From a virus, in IMG/VR virus record IMGVR_UViG_3300012000_000005, positions 1 through 64,000 of that record: a stretch of 64,000 nucleotides of DNA. The stretch is one strand, 5' to 3'. Below are positions 1 through 6,845 of the stretch, piece by piece. Position numbers and translations under genes: made by a program. The notes under the pieces are model-generated. The model searched no databases, was not told where the DNA came from, and worked only from the letters and a program-made list of their open reading frames with translations. How positions within the stretch are numbered: the first letter of the stretch is position 1; every line of letters starts with the position of its first letter.

Positions 1-233
1 TCAATGGTGCTCCAATCGAGTTGTGAAGCAAGGTTATTGTAGAGTCCGACCGCGTAGTCTTCCTCCATGTTACCTTCACGTACCTCTGACTTGAAGGTTG
101 TCTCTACCACATTGGATATGCGGTTAGATGTGTATTTGTTCGCTAAGTCGGTGGCGATAGTCTTAGCCTCTGCCACCTTCTCTTGAACGTCGCTATCGGT
201 GTAGATGTTCACACCGTCGGGCGTTGTAATCAC
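1..233 (-). CDS. Hypothetical early protein (partial, runs off window start)
   Basis: GTG at 233 after SD-like AAGGGGGA; open frame MITTPDGVNIYTDSDVQEKV... to position 1; read manually, not in ORF track. Confidence 0.7.
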   Translation of the reverse strand, partial: MITTPDGVNIYTDSDVQEKVAEAKTIATDLANKYTSNRISNVVETTFKSEVREGNMEEDYAVGLYNNLASQLDWSTI

Positions 234-332
234 TTGGGTATGTCCCCCTTGTCTCTTGTAAGAGGCTTTCTCTTACATAGGCTAATCTAATATAAGAATG
301 CGGCAATCTCTACTCACATTGGTAAATATTTG

Positions 333-477
333 ATAACAATTCCAGGGAAGTTATCCACAGGCTGCCGAGTTTGTGTTGGGCTGGCTGGCTATCTACTAAA
401 GCATTAGTAGATAGAGATAAGTAATAGCCAGCCAGCCAGCCCAACACAAACAAAAACCCCCGTGCTTGGCACGGGGG
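333..477. repeat. Intergenic cassette repeat unit 1: ATAACAAT, DnaA box, long hairpin, terminator
   Basis: TTATCCACA 351-359; perfect 22-bp inverted repeat 369-390/430-451; inner stem 389-399/404-414; GC hairpin 457-477 with T-tract on minus strand. Confidence 0.9.
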
Positions 478-492
478 CATTTGCTAGGCTTA

Positions 493-888
493 TTACAGCC
501 ATTGACTTACAGATTTATACACAGACGCTGGGACGCTCTGCTCGTTGGTCATACCCAACAACTTGATAGTCCTAGTAAGTTCTTCGTAATCACTATCGTG
601 ATACATACCTTGTGGTTTATCAGGTCGGTCAGGTGAAGCAGGAATAACAGCCTTATCAACAACGAACTCAATTTCTAGTGTGTTGTTCCACGAACGGAAG
701 CAGGTGTTCTTGACCTCTAACTTACCTTGCTTGGCTAACGCAACTACCTTCTCGGCAAACTTTGCGTTTTCCTTTTCATACTTTTCCTCTGCCTTCTTGT
801 ATTCGGCACGGAACTTGTCTTGCTCAGCAAGACGACTCTTGAGTGCGTCCAATAGGACTACTCTATCTACCTTTATGGTGGTTGCCAT
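493..888 (-). CDS. Hypothetical early protein (131 aa)
   Basis: ATG after AAAGGGG SD; fills the interval between repeat units 1 and 2. Confidence 0.8.
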   Translation of the reverse strand: MATTIKVDRVVLLDALKSRLAEQDKFRAEYKKAEEKYEKENAKFAEKVVALAKQGKLEVKNTCFRSWNNTLEIEFVVDKAVIPASPDRPDKPQGMYHDSDYEELTRTIKLLGMTNEQSVPASVYKSVSQWL

Positions 889-977
889 AAAAGCCCCTTT
901 CTCTTGTATCGGTATCTCCGATAGGACTATCTAATCATTTCTTGTTATCTATCTCAAGCGTAGTAGGTATCTTTTGT

Positions 978-1121
978 ATAACGATTTCTCTGGAGTTATC
1001 CACAGGCAGATGTTTGTGTTGGGGCTTTATATATGGGCAGGAAAAGACAACTACCCTGCCCATAAGCTCATATAAAGCCCCAACACAAACAAGAGAGCCC
1101 CCCGCTGGGTGCGGGGGGCTC
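978..1121. repeat. Intergenic cassette repeat unit 2
   Basis: ATAACGAT 978-985; TTATCCACA 996-1004; perfect 22-bp inverted repeat 1011-1032/1070-1091; inner stem 1032-1041/1055-1064; terminator hairpin 1095-1121. Confidence 0.9.
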
Positions 1122-1135
1122 GGGGGCGTTACGCG

Positions 1136-2143
1136 TTACGCGTTAGCGAATTCGCGGACCGCGGATAGAATGCGTGCCTTTTCGGCATTTACCATGGCGT
1201 CAAACCCGCTAGCAGCAGCCTTGATTGCCTCGCCATTGGCGGTGCGTGATGGACGGAAATAGTCCAGGCGCTCAGTTAGCGCATTAAGCGCACCCCATGC
1301 GGTCCCGCGGATTCCGTCCTGCGTAGGCGCCTTGAAATATAGGTCATTCAAGACGTCGATTTTTTGCGCATGCTTAGTGACAGTGCCTTTTGGCGCATTA
1401 TCATCAAGCGGATATATAGCGGTGAGCAACTTACCCCATTGAACATTGTCAACTGGCGTTTCGAATAAAGCCTTAGCCATAGATTCGAATTCGTCCATGT
1501 GATTGAATGTTAGGCCTAGCACACGGCGGGCCTCAGCGACGCGTCCCTCAACTTTTAAAGTGTGGCGCACTTTAAAAGATTGCTTAGTGGACTTTAGCGC
1601 CATGTTCAGCGTGTTTTGGCATACGACGCGTACGGGCGTAATTGACGCCTGCACACTGGCGCTACCGTCATGTGAAGAATGCACTAGTAAATAAGTGACA
1701 GTCTTATCAGCGACACCTTGCGGGTCTAGAATGAATTCGCGAGGTACAACTAGGCTACCGAATACGATTCGGCCGTCCTTGATTGAGCCAGCGGATTCCC
1801 ATTTGGCGCCACCGTCCAAAATATTATCGCCAAAATTGAAGAGGTCCTCATTTTGGAATACGGAATAGCGGTCACCTACGACGGAAAGCACGTCAGTGCC
1901 AGCGTCGACGGGATTAGTACGCACAACATAGTTGAGCGCGGATTTAGTACGATACCCTGCAGGATAGATGACTGGCTCAAGACGTACATTCCAGTCATTA
2001 AGCAATGCGCCCTTGAGCATGTCCGCGGTAGTAATATCCGCGTCCACGTCGAAAGTTGCATTTGCTAACCCATGCCATGCAGGGGCGCCACGTAGGGCAA
2101 AAGCAACTTGCCCGTTTTCGTGAGTTTCGAGGTTATGAGCCAC
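1136..2143 (-). CDS. DUF932 / TIGR03299-like phage-plasmid protein
   Basis: Motifs AWHGL, SHDGS, TPVRVVCQNTL, VRHT, GTAWGALNALTE typical of DUF932; GTG start at 2143 follows AAAGGGGAG. Confidence 0.85.
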   Translation of the reverse strand: MAHNLETHENGQVAFALRGAPAWHGLANATFDVDADITTADMLKGALLNDWNVRLEPVIYPAGYRTKSALNYVVRTNPVDAGTDVLSVVGDRYSVFQNEDLFNFGDNILDGGAKWESAGSIKDGRIVFGSLVVPREFILDPQGVADKTVTYLLVHSSHDGSASVQASITPVRVVCQNTLNMALKSTKQSFKVRHTLKVEGRVAEARRVLGLTFNHMDEFESMAKALFETPVDNVQWGKLLTAIYPLDDNAPKGTVTKHAQKIDVLNDLYFKAPTQDGIRGTAWGALNALTERLDYFRPSRTANGEAIKAAASGFDAMVNAEKARILSAVREFANA

Positions 2144-2240
2144 GATTCTCCCCTTTCGCATAAGGATAGGCGGGTGCCTATCAATGGCCAGCCTATCATA
2201 GGACGCGCTAGTACTATCTCATTCTCTGCATAACATATTT

Positions 2241-2392
2241 ATAACAATCTCCAGATAGTTATCCACAGCCGCGAATGTTTGTGTTGGGCTGCTTATTGGG
2301 CACTAGGACTAGCTATAACGCCAGTTGCTAGTCCAGCCCAGAGCCATAAGCAGCCCAACACAAACAAAAAGCCCCGCATTTCTGCGGGGCTT
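2241..2392. repeat. Intergenic cassette repeat unit 3
   Basis: ATAACAAT 2241-2248; TTATCCACA 2259-2267; perfect 21-bp inverted repeat 2276-2296/2346-2366; inner stems; terminator hairpin 2369-2392. Confidence 0.9.
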
Positions 2393-2408
2393 CTTGGTTA
2401 GGGGGTTG

Positions 2409-2588
2409 TTACTTCACACCGCAAGCGGTGAGAAACTTATCCCTTTGAAAGTTAGCGTTATCTGCGCCGTAGATAATCGCCAACTCGTAGGCAACCTTCT
2501 TCAATACTTCTTCATTTGCGGGGTTCATCAGTTGTTTGATGATTTCCGCGTGCGCCTTGTAGGTGGCGCGGTGCCACTTAGTAGCCAT
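2409..2588 (-). CDS. Small hypothetical early protein (MATKWHRATY...)
   Basis: ATG at 2588 after GGAGG; C-terminal DNANFQRDKFLTACG resembles a common phage micro-protein motif. Confidence 0.7.
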   Translation of the reverse strand: MATKWHRATYKAHAEIIKQLMNPANEEVLKKVAYELAIIYGADNANFQRDKFLTACGVK

Positions 2589-2802
2589 GTTTTGCCTCCA
2601 AGTCTTCCTCAACTCGTGACTCAATCCATGAGTCATAAGCGTATTCCGCTTCTAACTTGTGCATGCGCTCGCAATCATCACAGACCGCGTCCGCTTGTCC
2701 TTCACTATAACCGCGAAACCAGCCAGCGCGGTAAGAGAAGAAGAAAACAACACCAGCAAGAATAAGGTCAATCATCAGATTGAAACCATTATAAAACATC
2801 AT
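2578..2802 (-). CDS. Small membrane-anchored hypothetical protein
   Basis: N-terminal hydrophobic segment; coupled to neighbours. Confidence 0.65.
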   Translation of the reverse strand: MMFYNGFNLMIDLILAGVVFFFSYRAGWFRGYSEGQADAVCDDCERMHKLEAEYAYDSWIESRVEEDLEAKHGY

Positions 2803-2942
2803 GCTGACACCTTCGCCTTCTGCTCATTGGCGCAATCGTAGCAAATGCGCTCGATTTGCTCCATGCACTCTAGAAGAAACGCATCTACTCCCGAGAATAC
2901 GATATTCTCAGAGGTATCACATACTCCACACTTGCCGAACAT
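2799..2942 (-). CDS. 47-aa putative zinc-binding protein (CxxC...CxxC)
   Basis: Manual translation MFGKCGVCDT...ICYDCANEQKAKVSA; first gene after the unit-4 promoter. Confidence 0.65.
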   Translation of the reverse strand: MFGKCGVCDTSENIVFSGVDAFLLECMEQIERICYDCANEQKAKVSA

Positions 2943-2986
2943 AACAACCTACCTATTCTATAAGCGCCCCTTGCGCTTATGAGATA

Positions 2987-3015
2987 ACACTACAACAACA
3001 CACCGACAACACCAA
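2987..3015 (-). promoter_or_regulatory. Sigma70-type promoter of cassette 4
   Basis: TTGGTG-N17-TAGTGT on minus strand, 6 nt before leader hairpin 2960-2980. Confidence 0.55.
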
Positions 3016-3035
3016 GCCGACACGATTACAGATTT

Positions 3036-3174
3036 ATAACAATTTCTAAAAGTTATCCACAATCTCTTCAACAACTCCCTATAGAACGGGGTGGGTGGGC
3101 CAACACAAACTTTGGCAGGCTTCGGGTTTGGCGCCCTAAATAATAAAGGCCCGAGGGGGAAGTCTCGGGCCTTT
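3036..3174. repeat. Degenerate cassette repeat unit 4
   Basis: ATAACAAT 3036-3043; TTATCCACA 3053-3061; only right arm CCAACACAAAC 3100-3110; terminator hairpin 3145-3174. Confidence 0.8.
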
Positions 3175-3177
3175 GGT

Positions 3178-3348
3178 CTAGAAACAACAACTCATTGTGC
3201 AATGAGGTTGATGTCCTCGTGTGAATGGTTCATGACTTGGGCCATGTCCTTCACATCTATCGCACCCAACTACGGCGCGGTATTCGTGAGGCTTATCGTT
3301 GCACCCATTAGCCTCCCAGGTGCAGACTCGTGTTTCATATTCAAGCAT
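3178..3348 (-). CDS. Small Cys/His-rich hypothetical protein
   Basis: ATG at 3348 overlapping upstream stop; CDRC and HCTMSCCF. Confidence 0.6.
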   Translation of the reverse strand: MLEYETRVCTWEANGCNDKPHEYRAVVGCDRCEGHGPSHEPFTRGHQPHCTMSCCF

Positions 3349-3568
3349 GGAGCTCAGACCTCCATTCCTTGTATAACACTTGGGCCCTGCGTGGGTGGGT
3401 GATGATTTCAATCGCCATGTCTATGGTGTAGAGAGTCTTGGTGTAGCGTATGCGTGGCTTATCCTCCATGAACCACATCAAGCGCCCCACTGGTGAGTTC
3501 AGGTCATGAGGCCCTACATAGCGAGCGCGTCGGCGCTCGCTAAGTAGGTCTAGAAATCGGGCAATCAT
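3341..3568 (-). CDS. Hypothetical protein (75 aa)
   Basis: ORF track; ATGA overlap with upstream gene. Confidence 0.65.
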   Translation of the reverse strand: MIARFLDLLSERRRARYVGPHDLNSPVGRLMWFMEDKPRIRYTKTLYTIDMAIEIITHPRRAQVLYKEWRSELHA

Positions 3569-3753
3569 GCGGAGGCCTTGATAGTGCCGACAATATCGGC
3601 GGCCTTCTGGAAACCATCAGCCATACCCTGAGAGTATGCGTTGCTTACAAGCCCTACTAGTAGAGACTCAACTGAGTTTCTAACATCAGGCGCGGTGAGT
3701 TTGAGAACAAGAGCGATAGCCTCGCTTCTAGCCTCGTTTTGACCTAGTGACAT
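3565..3753 (-). CDS. Hypothetical protein (62 aa), first gene of leftward block
   Basis: ATG after AGGGG SD and leader hairpin. Confidence 0.7.
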   Translation of the reverse strand: MSLGQNEARSEAIALVLKLTAPDVRNSVESLLVGLVSNAYSQGMADGFQKAADIVGTIKASA

Positions 3754-3794
3754 TTTATATCCCCTAACTAGTGAGCGCCTTGCTCACTGGGATA

Positions 3795-3823
3795 AACATA
3801 TGCGATAGCCCTAGCATACGCAA
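3795..3823 (-). promoter_or_regulatory. Sigma70-type promoter of cassette 5
   Basis: TTGCGT-N17-TATGTT on minus strand, 6 nt before leader hairpin 3770-3788. Confidence 0.6.
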
Positions 3824-3843
3824 GCGCACATGGTCTCAGATGT

Positions 3844-3895
3844 ATAACAATTTTATCCACATATCCACACCCCCCACCCTTAAGTCTGTGGATAA
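3844..3895. promoter_or_regulatory. DnaA-box cluster (unit 5) at divergence point
   Basis: ATAACAAT 3844-3851; TTATCCACA 3853-3861; ATATCCACA 3861-3869; TGTGGATAA 3887-3895. Confidence 0.8.
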
Positions 3896-4095
3896 CTAGG
3901 GACGCCGCCAGGCTTTACGAGCACCTACATATGGGTGGGGTGGGCAGTAGCCCGACGGCGCGATTGCGGTGGAGTCCCAAAATATTTTTAAAGGGTACAT
4001 TTACCAGGCAGTAGCCCCGCAGGGGATTTCATTAGCCGAATAAGTTCTTTGCGCTTACCCTTTTTAATTTAGATTGCCCTTTTACCCTATTTGCC

Positions 4096-4323
4096 GTGGA
4101 CTTCATTAACTTTCTGAGCGATAACCTGGATTGCCCTGGGCGTGTCGCACGTTTTGCTCGTATTATCTTTTCTGATGTACATAACGGATGTGGACGACTG
4201 GAGTGGGGAGCAGTCGCGTGGAAGGGACACTTTGAGGAAAAACACCCTGAAACTAGCCCACAGTTAATACATATGCTTACAGAGACTTATGTGACATATA
4301 TCCGTACGCTCAATCAAGAATAG
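4096..4323 (+). CDS. Hypothetical protein
   Basis: ORF track; first rightward ORF. Confidence 0.55.
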   Translation: MDFINFLSDNLDCPGRVARFARIIFSDVHNGCGRLEWGAVAWKGHFEEKHPETSPQLIHMLTETYVTYIRTLNQE

Positions 4324-4337
4324 GAGATACTTAAGTT

Positions 4338-4541
4338 ATGGAACCATTCGGCCCTATTGCAAAAGGCATCGTAAGCCGCTCCAATGATTCCCGTAGAGTC
4401 ATTGACCTATCCGCAACGCGGAGAGTTAAAGAACTTACGGGTAAGGTAGTCCCCATCGAGTTAGACAGGTCATCCCGCAACGCAGCTTTTGAAAAGCATG
4501 TTGATGAAGCTCTAAGGATGGGGAATCCCGATAAAAAATGA
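4338..4541 (+). CDS. Hypothetical protein
   Basis: ATG after AGGAG. Confidence 0.65.
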   Translation: MEPFGPIAKGIVSRSNDSRRVIDLSATRRVKELTGKVVPIELDRSSRNAAFEKHVDEALRMGNPDKK

Positions 4542-4631
4542 GCGACATCTGTAATAAGTGCGAACATAACTTAGACGCTTACGGACTTTGCACAGAGAAC
4601 GCTTGTTCATGTTTTTGTGAAAAGAGGAACT

Positions 4632-4892
4632 ATGGCTAAATCACCAGCGTGGCAACGCAAAGAAGGTAAGAACCCTAAAGGCGGTCTTAATGCAAAAGGC
4701 CGTGCCAGTGCAAAGGCAGAGGGACATAATCTAAAGCCACCAGTAAGCGCAAAGCAGGCTAAGAAGTCACCTAAGAGTGCTGCACGTCGTAAATCATTCT
4801 GCGCACGTATGGGCGGTATGCCAGGCGCAATGAAAAAGCCTAATGGAGAACCAACACGTAAAGCTCTCGCACTACGTAAATGGGATTGCTAA
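4632..4892 (+). CDS. Basic Lys-rich phage protein (DUF6321-like)
   Basis: MAKSPAWQRKEGKNPKGGLNAKGRAS...RRKSFCARM...ALRKWDC, a widespread phage family; ATG after GAGG. Confidence 0.75.
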   Translation: MAKSPAWQRKEGKNPKGGLNAKGRASAKAEGHNLKPPVSAKQAKKSPKSAARRKSFCARMGGMPGAMKKPNGEPTRKALALRKWDC

Positions 4893-5062
4893 TGACTCTC
4901 TCACACTGCCGTCATGTGTATGAAGAGACAGATGAGGACATCTGTAGCGCATGTGGTCGTCCTACCCATCGCACTGATTGGGAGTTACAGAACCTAATGA
5001 TGAAGAAGTGGTTAAAGGATAACCCTGACGCATGGAAGACCGTAGGGTGGTGGAGCATATGA
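4892..5062 (+). CDS. Small zinc-binding hypothetical protein
   Basis: CxH...CxxC; TAATG coupling. Confidence 0.6.
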   Translation: MTLSHCRHVYEETDEDICSACGRPTHRTDWELQNLMMKKWLKDNPDAWKTVGWWSI

Positions 5063-5307
5063 TTAACGACCCAGCGCTAGGACGCAATAAAGCTCAGCGT
5101 GCTTTTGGCAATGATATGCCAAATAAAAAAGGTGTAAACACGAAAAAAAAGCCTCCGTTGAAGCAGAAACGCAGTCGCGTCAATGAGTTTCGAAATGACC
5201 GTAATGGTATGTTTTCGGGTCCGCGTCCAACATATGGAAGATACAATGTATCTGAACAAGCGAGTGATGTTTTAAATAACTCATTCAGAAATCGAGGAGA
5301 ACGATAA
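5059..5307 (+). CDS. Basic hypothetical protein
   Basis: ATGA overlap, GGAG SD. Confidence 0.6.
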   Translation: MINDPALGRNKAQRAFGNDMPNKKGVNTKKKPPLKQKRSRVNEFRNDRNGMFSGPRPTYGRYNVSEQASDVLNNSFRNRGER

Positions 5308-5519
5308 TGTTACCAGCAATCGGAGCAGCAGTAGCAAGATTAGCACCAATGGTTGCACGAGTTGGTGGGTCTAGCGTTGGAAAGGCTGCAACACGCGGAG
5401 CAGTAACTGGAGTTGAACGTGGAGTAGCTGGTAGAGTAGCAAACATGGTACAAGGTCAAAAAGACGGAAATAACCAACAACAGCCACCACAGCAACCTTC
5501 ATATCCAAATTTTGTGTAA
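5307..5519 (+). CDS. Hypothetical protein
   Basis: TAATG coupling, AGGAG SD. Confidence 0.65.
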   Translation: MLPAIGAAVARLAPMVARVGGSSVGKAATRGAVTGVERGVAGRVANMVQGQKDGNNQQQPPQQPSYPNFV

Positions 5520-5674
5520 TGAAATCGAAAGACAGCCAGTTTCCTACATGCGATAATTGTGGGAGAGAAATTCGAGGAAAGGTTCTAAGTGTCAAGACTA
5601 AATCAGCTGACCAAACCTTTCATCCCGACCATCATGGATGTTCGGAAGCAAGCAGACCAAAGGATTCTAAGTAA
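5519..5674 (+). CDS. 51-aa putative zinc-binding protein
   Basis: Manual translation MKSKDSQFPTCDNCGRE...FHPDHHGC; coupled on both sides by TAATG. Confidence 0.6.
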   Translation: MKSKDSQFPTCDNCGREIRGKVLSVKTKSADQTFHPDHHGCSEASRPKDSK

Positions 5675-5964
5675 TGGCAACTACTAAGAAATTTGGACCT
5701 TACAAAGGCTCCAAAGAGAACGGAGGTCGTCCAATCTACGTCTACAAGAAAAAAGTAGGCGGTAAGTGGGTTACTACTTCGAAGAATAAGGCCCGTGCCG
5801 ATTATGAATCGAAGAATGGAAAACTACCTCGAGGGACAGATGTTGACCATAAAGATAACAACCACAGCAATGACTCTAAAGGAAACCTAAGAGCATTGAA
5901 GCACGGAAAGAACACGGCTAAGGAAAACAAGCGCCGCGCTGGTAAGAAGGAGAACGAGAAATAA
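5674..5964 (+). CDS. HNH endonuclease-like protein
   Basis: DVDHKDNNHSNDSKGNLR...KN motif. Confidence 0.7.
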   Translation: MATTKKFGPYKGSKENGGRPIYVYKKKVGGKWVTTSKNKARADYESKNGKLPRGTDVDHKDNNHSNDSKGNLRALKHGKNTAKENKRRAGKKENEK

Positions 5965-6248
5965 TGCCTATCTATCGTAAGGGCGATGACCTATCTGACC
6001 TACACAAGGCTGCTCTAGCACAGCAGATTGGTGAGGCTACTAAGCGTCGCAACATGACTGGTGCAGAGCTTACTGAATATGAATACAACACTGGTCGTAC
6101 TGGAGCTGAGCGCGTTCTAACAGCTGGTCCATCAACTGACCCACGCAGAGACATTATTGGTCCTGTAAGTGGCGACCATATGAAGCGTTTTGGTGCTCAA
6201 ATGCGTAATGCTAAAGCAACCAAAGAAAGAGAAATGAAGAGACGATAA
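5964..6248 (+). CDS. Hypothetical protein
   Basis: TAATG coupling. Confidence 0.65.
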   Translation: MPIYRKGDDLSDLHKAALAQQIGEATKRRNMTGAELTEYEYNTGRTGAERVLTAGPSTDPRRDIIGPVSGDHMKRFGAQMRNAKATKEREMKRR

Positions 6249-6604
6249 TGGATAAGCGTTCAGAGTCTCAATTTAAAGCTGTTGGCACACATGTTATTGC
6301 CCCAGCTAAAACTGGTGCAGGCGGCACTTGGGTAGAAAAATCTGGTAGCTCTAGAGTAGATGCTGGTACCCCACAAGATGTTATGAAGAACGTCGCTGCA
6401 ACTGGTCGTATGTTCCAAAAGCATAATGAAGCCCCAACAATGCGCGACCCAGAGATTCCTCGTTGGAGGGTTGAAGCTGGTGTTAGTGGAGATATCTCTC
6501 GCTCTGGGGTAGATGTAGCTACCAAAGAAGGTCGCCGTCAAGTAGCTTCTAAACTAGGTTTACCAAACAAGAAAGAATTTAGAGCAAAAAAGAAGAAAGG
6601 TTAA
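6248..6604 (+). CDS. Hypothetical basic protein
   Basis: TAATG coupling. Confidence 0.65.
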   Translation: MDKRSESQFKAVGTHVIAPAKTGAGGTWVEKSGSSRVDAGTPQDVMKNVAATGRMFQKHNEAPTMRDPEIPRWRVEAGVSGDISRSGVDVATKEGRRQVASKLGLPNKKEFRAKKKKG

Positions 6605-6606
6605 TC

Positions 6607-6804
6607 ATGGAGACTGTTGTAAAATCTAGAGAACTTACGACAGCGGACAGGTGTGACCTTTGCAGCGCTGCTGCTCAAGTCGTATTTACATTTGCAAATG
6701 GTGAGTTATATTTTTGCGGTCATCACGCAAAAGATAAACGTTCAGCACTTCTTAACCAATCAATAGATGTGTTTGACCCCTTAAATTATTTAAATCGTTT
6801 ATAA
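6607..6804 (+). CDS. Small actinobacterial-type zinc-finger protein
   Basis: LTTADRCDLC...GELYFCGHH motif common in Actinomycetota and their phages. Confidence 0.7.
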   Translation: METVVKSRELTTADRCDLCSAAAQVVFTFANGELYFCGHHAKDKRSALLNQSIDVFDPLNYLNRL

Positions 6805-6845
6805 TAAAATTTGTACTAACAAATTAATATTTAGGGGATAAATAA

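Noticed and set aside
369-2366. Hairpins as canonical integron attC sites (they contain GTTGGGC/GCCCAAC, i.e. GTTRRRY/RYYYAAC)
   Set aside because: No outer RYYYAAC...GTTRRRY boxes at attC spacing, no single extrahelical bases in the L box, unit 2 reads GTTGGGG, cassettes have their own promoters, and no integrase is in the window
333-3895. CRISPR array
   Set aside because: Units are hundreds of bases apart, separated by genes, and internally variable
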